Assembly: GCA_030747075.1 (NCBI GenBank)
Contig: JASLLL010000001.1
Location: 78,868-142,867 of the forward strand
Direction of reading: 5' to 3'
DNA length: 64,000 bases
Source of the DNA: Gemmatimonadota bacterium
GTDB taxonomy: Bacteria > ARS69
A program made the translations under genes and the position numbers. Shown piece after piece: positions 9,434-17,921 of the stretch. The notes under the pieces are model-generated. The model had not been told where the DNA came from, searched no databases, and saw nothing but the letters and a program-made list of their open reading frames with translations. The number at the start of each line of letters is the position of its first letter. The stretch's first letter is position 1.

Positions 9434-10204
9434 TCAGTTTCCTGCGGCGCTTGCCGCTCTCCGAACATCCTCTACCGTCTGCCGCACATACCATGACGGA
9501 TCCTTGGCCCCGGCACGAAACGCCTGTTCCACGGCTTCGTGTCCCAACCAGCGCGAGAGAGACTGAAACGCGGCATCCCGCACCACCCACTCCGAATCCG
9601 CCGCGGCACGCAGGAGAAGTTCCCGCGAGCGACGGGATCGGGACTCGGCCAGCCCCTCGGCCGTCAGACTCCGAATGGCCGGAGAGGGGTCGCCCAGACT
9701 CTTCAGCACGAGATCGTAACCCGATTCCTCTCCAATGAGAAACAGCGAGATCCCCGCGTGGGCTCTTTCAAAAGCGTCGCCCGTCAGCGCAACTCCTCGA
9801 AGAGCGGACTGTGCCTCACTCTCCCCCATGCGCCCCAGCGCACGAATGAGCAGGATTCGATGGTATCGATCCGCGAAGGTGTCCGGCTCCGTGCCCGCCA
9901 GCGACGCTTCCAGTTGGCGCAGAAGGGGGGCCGTCGCGCGGGAATCACCGATTCTCCCGAGCGCACGAATGGCCCCGGCGCGAACATCGCGAGCGGGGTC
10001 CTCCAGAAGGGGCAGCAGGGAATCCACGGCGGCCGAACCGAGCGGGATCAGTTCCTCGACCGCCGCATCCGCCGTGAGGACATCTTCCGACCGAAGGTGC
10101 CGGAGCCCGTCGTCAAGCGGACTCCCGACCGCAGGCCGGACGCTCCCGCCGCACACCGTGAGAATCACGACCATGCAGACGGGTGAGAAACGCTGAGGCG
10201 GCAT
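9434..10204 (-). CDS. HEAT-repeat protein
   Basis: HEAT-like repeats (AVDSLLPLLEDPARDVRAGAIRALGRIGDSRATAPLLRQL; PAIRSLTAEGLAESRS...DSEWVVRDAAFQSLSRW). The likely start is the internal Met MPPQRFSPVCMVVILTVCGG at ~10204; the upstream part of the 356-aa ORF is Arg/Pro-rich and not protein-like. Confidence 0.5.
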   Translation of the reverse strand: MPPQRFSPVCMVVILTVCGGSVRPAVGSPLDDGLRHLRSEDVLTADAAVEELIPLGSAAVDSLLPLLEDPARDVRAGAIRALGRIGDSRATAPLLRQLEASLAGTEPDTFADRYHRILLIRALGRMGESEAQSALRGVALTGDAFERAHAGISLFLIGEESGYDLVLKSLGDPSPAIRSLTAEGLAESRSRRSRELLLRAAADSEWVVRDAAFQSLSRWLGHEAVEQAFRAGAKDPSWYVRQTVEDVRRAASAAGN

Positions 10205-10514
10205 CACGAGAGGCCTCTCCGGGCGGTAAGTGGGCGGTTTCCGGACACGAGCCCGGACGGTAGCAACCCCCCGGGAAGGGGTCAAGAAGCCCGCCGGTCG
10301 GAAGTGGCCGCAGCAGAGTGTGGCGGGAAGCGCGGACGAGGCCGCGTTTCGTGGCAGGCTCGTCGCGAGGGTTTGCCCGGTGGTGGATGGCAAGAAGTCG
10401 GGGCGGGATCGACCGGAGGCGGGGCAAAAGCCCCGTCGAGGATCGATACCGCCCCGAATGCGCAGCCAGGCGCCGCCGGGAGAAGCCGCAGCAGAGCCTG
10501 CCACGAAACGCGGC

Positions 10515-10712
10515 CTACAAGTAGGGCAGGATCACATTCATCCGCTTCTCGTCGCCTTCGTCCAGGACGCCGAGGCGGCGAAGCTGTCGAATCCGCTTGG
10601 GAGATTTCTTCGTCAGGATATGGTTCTTGAAGCCCTTTTTGTGGCGGAGCTTCCCGGTGCCGGTGCGCTTGAAACGCTTCGCGGCACTTCGGTTGGTCTT
10701 CATCTTCGGCAT
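10515..10712 (-). CDS. rpmI: 50S ribosomal protein bL35
   Basis: A 65-aa, very basic protein, [46 protein letters not shown]..., characteristic of bL35. Confidence 0.85.
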   Translation of the reverse strand: MPKMKTNRSAAKRFKRTGTGKLRHKKGFKNHILTKKSPKRIRQLRRLGVLDEGDEKRMNVILPYL

Positions 10713-10733
10713 TTCCGCCTCCGGTTGCGCCCT

Positions 10734-10931
10734 CTACAGCTTGCTGTGCTGGAGGACTTTCTCGCAGCACTCGGCTGCGGCCTGTCCATTGTTGAACTTC
10801 ATCCCGCAAACGCGACAACGGTGATCTCCGCCGACGCGCCCTTCCTCCACAGCCTTCCGGAGGAGGAGTTCATAAGTACTGTTGGTGCGGTCCTTCTCCA
10901 GTATCGAAGTGTCCTTCTCGCGAATCATCAT
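10734..10931 (-). CDS. Small Cys-rich hypothetical protein (possible zinc-ribbon)
   Basis: A ~65-aa ORF (MMIREKDTSILEKDRTNSTYELLLRKAVEEGRVGGDHRCRVCGMKFNNGQAAAECCEKV) with a CxxC...CC arrangement. It is GC-poorer than its neighbours and sits between rpsU and rpmI. I do not recognise the family. Confidence 0.3.
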   Translation of the reverse strand: MMIREKDTSILEKDRTNSTYELLLRKAVEEGRVGGDHRCRVCGMKFNNGQAAAECCEKVLQHSKL

Positions 10932-11038
10932 CACTCCCTTCACGGAGTCCCACCCCACGGACCATACCGCCTTCTCTGGAGCGCTGTTCGGCGCGATGCA
11001 TGTCGGTGCTCTGGAAAAGGCGCGCTCTCAAGTCTCTC

Positions 11039-11233
11039 TTATCTCTTCTTGCGGGCGGCCTGCCTGCGCCGCTTCTCCGCCTTGAGTGCCTTCTTTCTCT
11101 TTCGTTCGGAGGGCTTCAGGAATCGGCTGCTCTTCTTGATGTCCTGAATGACCCCTTCTTTTTCACACTTCTTCTTGAAGCGCTTGAGAGCCCGTTCGAT
11201 CGACTCATTGTCCTTCACCTTGATCAGCGGCAT
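11039..11233 (-). CDS. rpsU: 30S ribosomal protein bS21
   Basis: MPLIKVKDNESIERALKRFKKKCEKEGVIQDIKKSSRFLKPSERKRKKALKAEKRRRQAARKKR is a classic bS21. The real start is the internal Met; the ORF's N-terminal extension to 11338 is not protein-like. Confidence 0.85.
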   Translation of the reverse strand: MPLIKVKDNESIERALKRFKKKCEKEGVIQDIKKSSRFLKPSERKRKKALKAEKRRRQAARKKR

Positions 11234-11568
11234 AGAAACTGAACCTTCCGGTAAACGGTACACCGAAGTCCGGGGGCCAGCCTGAACCAGCGCCCACACT
11301 ACGACGACTCGCCTTGGTTTTTCCTGACTTGCACACAATCGGTCGCGAGAGTATGCACTTGGCCTTTCTGGTTGTCAAGTTCCCCCCATTCCCATCTTCG
11401 GATGCGACGGAACCTCGTGTCGCATTGCACCTGCGTCGGAACCGGCGGCCGCTGGTTTGGTCGCTCGGCGACTGCCGGGCGGTTCCCCGGGGGACGCGCG
11501 AACGGGGAGCGGGCAGATTGCAGATTGCCCCCCCGGCAAACCTCAGACCACGGTGCAGGTCTGCCATC

Positions 11569-11597
11569 TTGACAGGCACAGGCGGTATTCCTAACAT
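11569..11597 (+). promoter_or_regulatory. Putative sigma-70 promoter for the sigma-54 activator gene
   Basis: TTGACA, a 17-nt spacer, then TAACAT, about 35 nt upstream of the ATG at 11631, inside a 400-nt divergent intergenic region shared with rpsU. Confidence 0.35.
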
Positions 11598-11630
11598 GGG
11601 CGGGTTCTCAGCCTGATTCCGGAGGTCGAT

Positions 11631-13154
11631 ATGGCAGGCAGCACCCTTCTCCTGGCCGGGCCGTTCCCGGATTGGACCGACTTCGCTCGGGAGGCCATCG
11701 CTGAGGGCTGGAATGTGACACGGGTGGAGTCGGGCGCAGAGGCTCTCCGACAACTCCGCGACGCCCCTCCGGACATCGCCCTTTTCCCGGTGGAACTCCC
11801 GGACGGACCCGCGCGGAACCTCATCACACTGGGAAAACGCGAGGGATTGCAAACCGACTTCGTGCTTCTGGCGCCCGAGAACGGTTCAGGCCGGGCGGAA
11901 CTCCTCGCTGAGGGAGCGGAAGATGTCCTCGACGCGACCACCCCCCATGAGCGGCTCCTGGCCCGACTCGACAGCCTTCGCCAGCGACGACGCCTCATCA
12001 ACGACCTGGAACTGACGGTTCGGGATCCCGCCATGCTGGAGATCTTCGAGCGCGTGCTTCGAGCCGCACCGCTGAAGGTCACGGTGCTCATCACGGGGGA
12101 GAGCGGCACCGGGAAGGAAGTGCTCGCTCAGGCCATCCACCGGGCCAGTGATCGTGCGGACGGGCCGTTCGTCGCCGTGAATGTCGGCGCACTCCCCGCG
12201 AATCTCCTGGAGTCGGAACTCTTCGGTCATGAGAAGGGGGCCTTCACGAGCGCGGACGGGCGGCGGATCGGTCGATTCGAGTTGGCCGATGGAGGGACGC
12301 TCTTTCTCGACGAGATCGGAGAGATGGCCACCGAGGCGCAGGTGAACCTCCTGCGCGTGTTGGAGGAGGAACGGTTTCTGCGCGTGGGCGGATCGAAGCC
12401 GGTCACCGTGGACACCCGGATCGTCGCGGCCACCAACCGCGATCTGGAGGAAGAGGTCCGCGCCGGGCGGTTCCGCAGGGATCTCTACTACCGGCTCAAT
12501 GTCGTCCACTTCCATGTGCCGCCTCTCCGGGAAAGGCGAGGAGAGATTCCCGCGCTCTTGCGGAACTTCGCGGACCGGACCGCCGCGCGACACGGGCTGG
12601 ACTTCCCGGGGTTCACGCCCGAAGCGCTCGACGCGCTGGAGACCTACGAGTGGCCCGGAAATGTCCGCGAACTCCGGAATCTGGTGGATGGAATGATCGC
12701 GCTCCGCCCGGAGAAGCCCGTGGAAGCCGCCGACCTCCCACCCCATGTTCTCCACGAAGCCGCGAGGCAGCGCCATCTGCCGGCGCTCCCGTCGGATCGT
12801 ACTCGGGAGGAGCGCGAGTTCATCATTCAGTCACTGCTGGCTCTACGGGCGGAAGTGGCCGGAATCCGGGAGCTGATTCTGGCCGGGGCGACGGGGCGCA
12901 CTCCGGTGCCTCCGGGATTCACCCCGCCGTACGGGCCCGCGGGCGGTCCCGTCTATCCGACCGGACCGGTTCGCGTAGAGGAGGACCGGGCTGACGAAGC
13001 CGGGTCTCTTGCCGACATGGAGCGCCACGCCGTGGAGCGGGCCTTGCGGGAGTCCGCGGGGAACCGGCGGAGGGCCGCTCGCGCGCTGGGCATCAGCGAA
13101 CGAACCCTCTACCGGCGCATCCGGGACTTCGGCCTTACCGAGTCCGGCGACTGA
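11631..13154 (+). CDS. Sigma-54-dependent transcriptional activator (NtrC/Fis family) with a degenerate receiver domain
   Basis: AAA+ sigma-54 interaction domain (Walker A GESGTGKE; [15 protein letters not shown], a GAFTGA variant; arginine finger and DEIGEM Walker B) and a C-terminal Fis-type HTH ([24 protein letters not shown]). The N-terminal ~120 aa are receiver-like but lack the conserved Asp pair and phospho-Asp ([11 protein letters not shown]; [12 protein letters not shown]). Confidence 0.9.
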   Translation: MAGSTLLLAGPFPDWTDFAREAIAEGWNVTRVESGAEALRQLRDAPPDIALFPVELPDGPARNLITLGKREGLQTDFVLLAPENGSGRAELLAEGAEDVLDATTPHERLLARLDSLRQRRRLINDLELTVRDPAMLEIFERVLRAAPLKVTVLITGESGTGKEVLAQAIHRASDRADGPFVAVNVGALPANLLESELFGHEKGAFTSADGRRIGRFELADGGTLFLDEIGEMATEAQVNLLRVLEEERFLRVGGSKPVTVDTRIVAATNRDLEEEVRAGRFRRDLYYRLNVVHFHVPPLRERRGEIPALLRNFADRTAARHGLDFPGFTPEALDALETYEWPGNVRELRNLVDGMIALRPEKPVEAADLPPHVLHEAARQRHLPALPSDRTREEREFIIQSLLALRAEVAGIRELILAGATGRTPVPPGFTPPYGPAGGPVYPTGPVRVEEDRADEAGSLADMERHAVERALRESAGNRRRAARALGISERTLYRRIRDFGLTESGD

Positions 13155-15930
13155 CCCTCTTTCGCCGCGCGGGCTTCTTCTTCTTTCGGGCGGGCGCGGC
13201 ACTCCGGTTGCGAAGCTCCGCCTGCGCGGCGGCCAGCCGTGCCACCGGAACACGGAACGGCGAGCAACTCACATAGTCGAGACCCAGCCGGTGGCAGAAG
13301 TCGATCGTGGCCGGGTCTCCCCCGTGTTCGCCACAGATCCCCACCTTCATGCCCGCACGAACCGCCCGGCCCTTCTCCACGGCGATCTCCAGGAGCTGGC
13401 CCACGCCGTCCACATCCAGCGTCGCGAACGGGTCCGCCGGGAGGATGCCCTGATCCACATAGTCGGGCAGGAACCGCCCGGAATCATCCCGGGAGAGACC
13501 GAATGCGGTCTGCGTGAGATCGTTCGTCCCGAAGCTGAAGAACTCCGCGTGTCCGGCGATCTGATCTGCCGTCAGCGCGGCGCGGGGAACCTCGATCATC
13601 GTGCCGACCAGATACGGAACCCGCATCTTCCGGCGGGCAAACACCTCTTCCGCCACCTTCCGAACGACCCCCTCCTGCAGCCGCAACTCCTCACTGTGCC
13701 CCACAAGCGGGATCATGATCTCCGGCCGGACGCGCATCCCCTTCTTCTTCACATCGCAGGCCGCCTCCAGAATGGCCCGGGCCTGCATCTCCGTAATCTC
13801 CGGATACGCAATCCCCAGCCGACATCCGCGATGCCCCAGCATCGGGTTGAGTTCCTTCAGCATCTCCACGCGCCCGGCCAGCACGGCGGGCTTCACGCCC
13901 AGCTTCCGCGCCAGTTCCGCGATCTCCCGCTTTCCGTGCGGAAGGAACTCGTGGAGCGGCGGATCCAGCGTGCGAATGGTGACAGGTTGCCCGCCCATCG
14001 CCCGGAAGATGCCGCGGAAGTCCTTCCTCTGGAGCGGCAGAAGTTTGGCCAGCGCCTTCCGGCGAGTGGCGGCATCCGGCGCGAGAATCATCTCCCGGAC
14101 GGCGGTGATCTTGGGTTCGCCGAAGAACATATGCTCCGTCCGGCACAGCCCGATCCCCTCGGCGCCGAACTCGACGGCGATCTTCGCCTGCCCCGGTTGA
14201 TCCGCGTTTGTTCGGATTCCCAGACGGCGCAGATCGTCCGACCACTTCATGACGCGACTGAAGATGGTGTGGTCCGACGACCCCGACCGGGGAGCCTTCC
14301 GCCCTTTTTCCACCGCACGCACCACATCGGACGGGTGCGTGTCCAGATGCCCCAGCATGACCTCACCGGTGGTGCCGTCGATGGAGATCCAGTCTCCCTC
14401 GCGGAGGACACGACCCTCTGCGCGGAGGGTGCGCTTGCGATAGTCGATGTCCAGATCGCCGCAACCGGCGACACAGACCTTTCCCATCTGGCGCGCCACC
14501 AGCGCCGCGTGCGAAGTCATCCCGCCGCGCGCGGTCAGGATACCGACCGCGGCGTTCATTCCGCGGATGTCCTCCGGGGAGGTCTCGATCCGCGTGAGAA
14601 TGACCGCCTCCCCGCGAGCTGCCCACTCCTCGGCATCCTCCGCATTGAACACCACGCGTCCGGACGCCGCGCCCGGCCCCGCCGGCAGCCCCTTCGCCAG
14701 AAAGCTCCCGTCCGTCAGTGCCGTTCGCTTGGCAGCCGGGTCGAACCCGGGAGCCAGGAACTGCTCGATGTGGTCCGGATCGATCCGTGTGATCGCTTCG
14801 TCCCGAGTGATGAGCCTCTCCGCCACCATCGCCACGGCAATCCTCACGGCCGCCGTACCCGTTCGCTTTCCGGACCGCGTCTGGAGCATCCAGAGATGGC
14901 CGTTCTGGACGGTGAACTCCACATCCTGCATGTCCCGATAGTGCTTCTCCAGCGTCTTCTGAATCCGGAGGAGCTGGCGGTACACCCGGGGCATGATCTC
15001 CCGCAAGTCCTCGATGGGGTGCGGCGTGCGGATACCCGCCACGACATCCTCGCCCTGCGCATTCACGAGAAACTCGCCGTAGAACCGCTTCTCTCCGGTT
15101 GCCGGATCCCGCGTGAAGGCAACGCCGGTGGCGCAGTCCTCTCCCATGTTCCCGAAGACCATGGCCTGCACATTGACGGCGGTTCCCCAGTCGGCGGGGA
15201 TGTGGTTCAACGCGCGGTACGCATCGGCGCGGTCGTTCATCCAACTGCCGAACACCGCTCCGATGGCGCCCCAGAGCTGCTCGTCAGGATCCTCCGGGAA
15301 CGGATGGCCGGTGCGCTTCCGGATGGCACGCTTGAACTGCGCGACGAGATCTTTCAGATCCTCCGCCGACAGTTCGGTGTCCTGTGCCACGCCGCGCAGC
15401 CGCTTCTTCTTCTCCAGAAGCTCCTCGAAGGGGTCTGCATCGTCCGGCGACTCCGGGCGGAGCCCGAGAACCACATCTCCGTACATCTGCACGAAGCGGC
15501 GGTAGCTGTCGTAGGCGAACCGCGGGTTGCCGGTTCGGGCGATGAGTCCCTGCACCGTTTCATCGTTCAGTCCGAGGTTCAAAACCGTGTCCATCATTCC
15601 CGGCATGGAGACGCGCGCGCCCGAACGCACGGAGAGCAGGAGCGGGCGGTCCGCGCTTCCAAAGGTGGCACCCATGGCCTTCTCGACACGGGCCAGCGCC
15701 CGCGACACTTCCCGCCGAAGGGTGGAGGGGTACCGCTTCCGATTCTTGTAGTAGGCCGAGCAAACTTCTGTGGAGATCGTAAACCCTGCGGGAACGGGAA
15801 GGCCGAGATGCGTCATCTCCGCCAGATTCGCGCCCTTGCCGCCCAGAAGATTCTTGTCGGCGGCGCGACCTTCGGCCTTTCCGTCCCCGAAGTAGTACAC
15901 ATCTTTCCTGCGTGCTGGCATGGGACTCAT
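13135..15930 (-). CDS. ppdK: Pyruvate, phosphate dikinase
   Basis: PPDK-like over its full length (ATP-grasp N-terminus [10 protein letters not shown]; phosphohistidine domain [22 protein letters not shown]; PEP-utilising C-terminus [18 protein letters not shown]). The likely start is the internal Met [15 protein letters not shown] at ~15930. It overlaps the convergent regulator gene by ~20 nt. Confidence 0.9.
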   Translation of the reverse strand: MSPMPARRKDVYYFGDGKAEGRAADKNLLGGKGANLAEMTHLGLPVPAGFTISTEVCSAYYKNRKRYPSTLRREVSRALARVEKAMGATFGSADRPLLLSVRSGARVSMPGMMDTVLNLGLNDETVQGLIARTGNPRFAYDSYRRFVQMYGDVVLGLRPESPDDADPFEELLEKKKRLRGVAQDTELSAEDLKDLVAQFKRAIRKRTGHPFPEDPDEQLWGAIGAVFGSWMNDRADAYRALNHIPADWGTAVNVQAMVFGNMGEDCATGVAFTRDPATGEKRFYGEFLVNAQGEDVVAGIRTPHPIEDLREIMPRVYRQLLRIQKTLEKHYRDMQDVEFTVQNGHLWMLQTRSGKRTGTAAVRIAVAMVAERLITRDEAITRIDPDHIEQFLAPGFDPAAKRTALTDGSFLAKGLPAGPGAASGRVVFNAEDAEEWAARGEAVILTRIETSPEDIRGMNAAVGILTARGGMTSHAALVARQMGKVCVAGCGDLDIDYRKRTLRAEGRVLREGDWISIDGTTGEVMLGHLDTHPSDVVRAVEKGRKAPRSGSSDHTIFSRVMKWSDDLRRLGIRTNADQPGQAKIAVEFGAEGIGLCRTEHMFFGEPKITAVREMILAPDAATRRKALAKLLPLQRKDFRGIFRAMGGQPVTIRTLDPPLHEFLPHGKREIAELARKLGVKPAVLAGRVEMLKELNPMLGHRGCRLGIAYPEITEMQARAILEAACDVKKKGMRVRPEIMIPLVGHSEELRLQEGVVRKVAEEVFARRKMRVPYLVGTMIEVPRAALTADQIAGHAEFFSFGTNDLTQTAFGLSRDDSGRFLPDYVDQGILPADPFATLDVDGVGQLLEIAVEKGRAVRAGMKVGICGEHGGDPATIDFCHRLGLDYVSCSPFRVPVARLAAAQAELRNRSAAPARKKKKPARRKRVSRRTR

Positions 15931-16114
15931 TCCTTCCGCGCCACCCTCCGAGTACAGGCGGCGGTTTGTCGCTGATGAAAACCCGTTGGACCCGGAAAAC
16001 TCCCAAGCTACCCCAATCCCCCGGGGCGGGCAATCGATTCGACCGGGAGCGGCTCCCGGCCGCCGCGTGCATCCCACCGGCGACACCCGGCGGCAGAGTC
16101 GGTAGTCTCCGGCC

Positions 16115-17878
16115 ATGATGCGTCGTCTGATTCTCCCGCTGGGGATCCTGCTCTTCGCGCTGACGATTCGCGCGGGCCACCTCGCGGACTATCGCCACTC
16201 TCCGGCGTTCGTGGCTCCGCTGATCGACGCGCAGGTCTACGACCGGCTCGCGAGGCGGGTGGCGCAGGCAGGCCCGGGGGTGCTGGAGACGCCGTTCTAT
16301 CAGCCCCCGCTCTATCCGCTTCTCCTGGGCGCGGTCTATGCCTCGGCCGAAGGCCACCCGATGGCGCCGAGGATCTTCCAGTCGCTACTGGGGGTGGGCA
16401 CGGTCGGGCTGCTGCTTCTTCTGACTCCGCTGGCCGGAGGGCGCCGGCGGGCGGCGTACTGGGCAGCGTTCCTGTTGGCGGGCTATGGCCCCGCGCTCTA
16501 CTTCGAGGGCGAACTCCTTCCGGTAACCCTGGTGCTGACGACTTCCACGGCCGCCATCCTCCTTTTCCTGGCGGCGGACGGCCCTTCGGCAAGGCGCTGG
16601 CACCTTCCCCTGGCCGGGCTTCTGCTGGGCCTGTCGATCGCCACGCGCCCCACCGGCATCCTGCTGGCGGGAGCGGCAGCGGCGTGGTGGGTCGCGCCCC
16701 GGGGTGCGCGACTGGCGCGAACCCGCGCGCTTCTTCCGGCGGCCGCCCTCCTTCTGGCGATGGTTCTCCCGTTCACGGCGGCCAACCGGTATCGCGGCGG
16801 GGAGACGGTGCTCATCTCCACAAACGGCGGCATCAATCTCTATCTGGGGAATGGAACCGGCGCCGACTCGCTGTCCGCCATCCAGCCGGGGGCGGCGTGG
16901 GAGCGGCTGCAGCGAATGCCGCTGGCGGACGGCGTGCGTACGCCCGGTGCGGAGTCCCGCTGGTGGATGCGGCGCGCATGGTCGGAGGCGGGGGCGGATC
17001 CTGCCGCGTGGGCCGCGAACCTCTGCCGGAAGGCGGCCCGCCTGCTCGATGCGCGGGAGCCTCCACGCAATACGGACATGGAGGCGTGGCGACGCGACTC
17101 ACGCGTGCTCTCACTGCCGCTGGCCTCCTTCGCACTGGTGGCACCGCTGGCGATGGCAGGCCTCCTTCGCGGAGGACTGCGCGGGCGCTCGCGCGCTCTC
17201 CTGCTGCTGGCGCTCGGGGCTGTCGCCGCGCAGAACCTCCTCTTCTTCCCGGCGGCGCGATACCGGCTGGAGGCGGTGCCGTTGCTGTGCGTGTTCGCCG
17301 GTGCGGGAATCGATGGAATCCTCACGCGCCGGTGGACGCGGCGCGATCTTCCGCGGTGTGGCCTTGCCGTGGCCGCGGTCGCTGCCGTGGTATGGGCGGA
17401 CCTCACCGGCGGTCGCGAGATGAACCTCACGCGAACGGCCATCAACCGGGGGGTTGCACTGCGCGAAGCAGGCCGAGCGCGCGAGGCGGAAGCAGCATTC
17501 CGCAACGCACTTCGCGCCGACCCCCACGACCCCGACGCGCACCGATGGCTGGCGGAAACGCTCCTGGCCCGCGAAGACGCGACCGGGGCACTGCGCCACT
17601 TCGACGCCGCGCTGATCGCCGCTCCGGACTATGTCCGGGTTCTCCTCGGGCGGGCGCAGGCGGCGGAGCTGGCCGGCGTATCCGGGGCGGAGGACGCATA
17701 CCGCCGTGCGCTGGCCGTGGATCCGTACTCGACGGATGTTCGCCTCAACTATGGCGTGTGGCTGGCCCGGGCCGGACGAAGGGACGAGGCGCAAGAGATG
17801 TTCCGGTCGGGCCTGGAGCTGGAACCCGGGGACACCCGATTCTCCACGAACCTCCGACGCCTGCGGTCCGGGCTGTGA
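16115..17878 (+). CDS. GT-C fold glycosyltransferase (PMT_2/ArnT-like, GT39/GT83) fused to C-terminal TPR repeats (TMTC-like)
   Basis: About 11 predicted TM helices with PMT_2/ArnT-type N-terminal features ([32 protein letters not shown]...[12 protein letters not shown]). The C-terminal ~190 aa are TPR repeats ([42 protein letters not shown]...). Confidence 0.75.
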   Translation: MMRRLILPLGILLFALTIRAGHLADYRHSPAFVAPLIDAQVYDRLARRVAQAGPGVLETPFYQPPLYPLLLGAVYASAEGHPMAPRIFQSLLGVGTVGLLLLLTPLAGGRRRAAYWAAFLLAGYGPALYFEGELLPVTLVLTTSTAAILLFLAADGPSARRWHLPLAGLLLGLSIATRPTGILLAGAAAAWWVAPRGARLARTRALLPAAALLLAMVLPFTAANRYRGGETVLISTNGGINLYLGNGTGADSLSAIQPGAAWERLQRMPLADGVRTPGAESRWWMRRAWSEAGADPAAWAANLCRKAARLLDAREPPRNTDMEAWRRDSRVLSLPLASFALVAPLAMAGLLRGGLRGRSRALLLLALGAVAAQNLLFFPAARYRLEAVPLLCVFAGAGIDGILTRRWTRRDLPRCGLAVAAVAAVVWADLTGGREMNLTRTAINRGVALREAGRAREAEAAFRNALRADPHDPDAHRWLAETLLAREDATGALRHFDAALIAAPDYVRVLLGRAQAAELAGVSGAEDAYRRALAVDPYSTDVRLNYGVWLARAGRRDEAQEMFRSGLELEPGDTRFSTNLRRLRSGL

Positions 17879-17921
17879 TATTATCTCCGCTCATTTGTCC
17901 CCGTTGAAGGAGTGGTGAACC

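Noticed and set aside
11500-11540. Short direct repeat cagattgcagattgc upstream of the sigma-54 activator gene, considered as an operator or sigma-54 promoter
   Set aside because: It is only a 7-nt tandem duplication with no -24/-12 GG...GC spacing and no dyad symmetry, which is insufficient to call a regulatory site.
13009-15975. 988-aa + strand ORF
   Set aside because: Antisense shadow of ppdK; its composition is dominated by R/P/G/H with no motifs.
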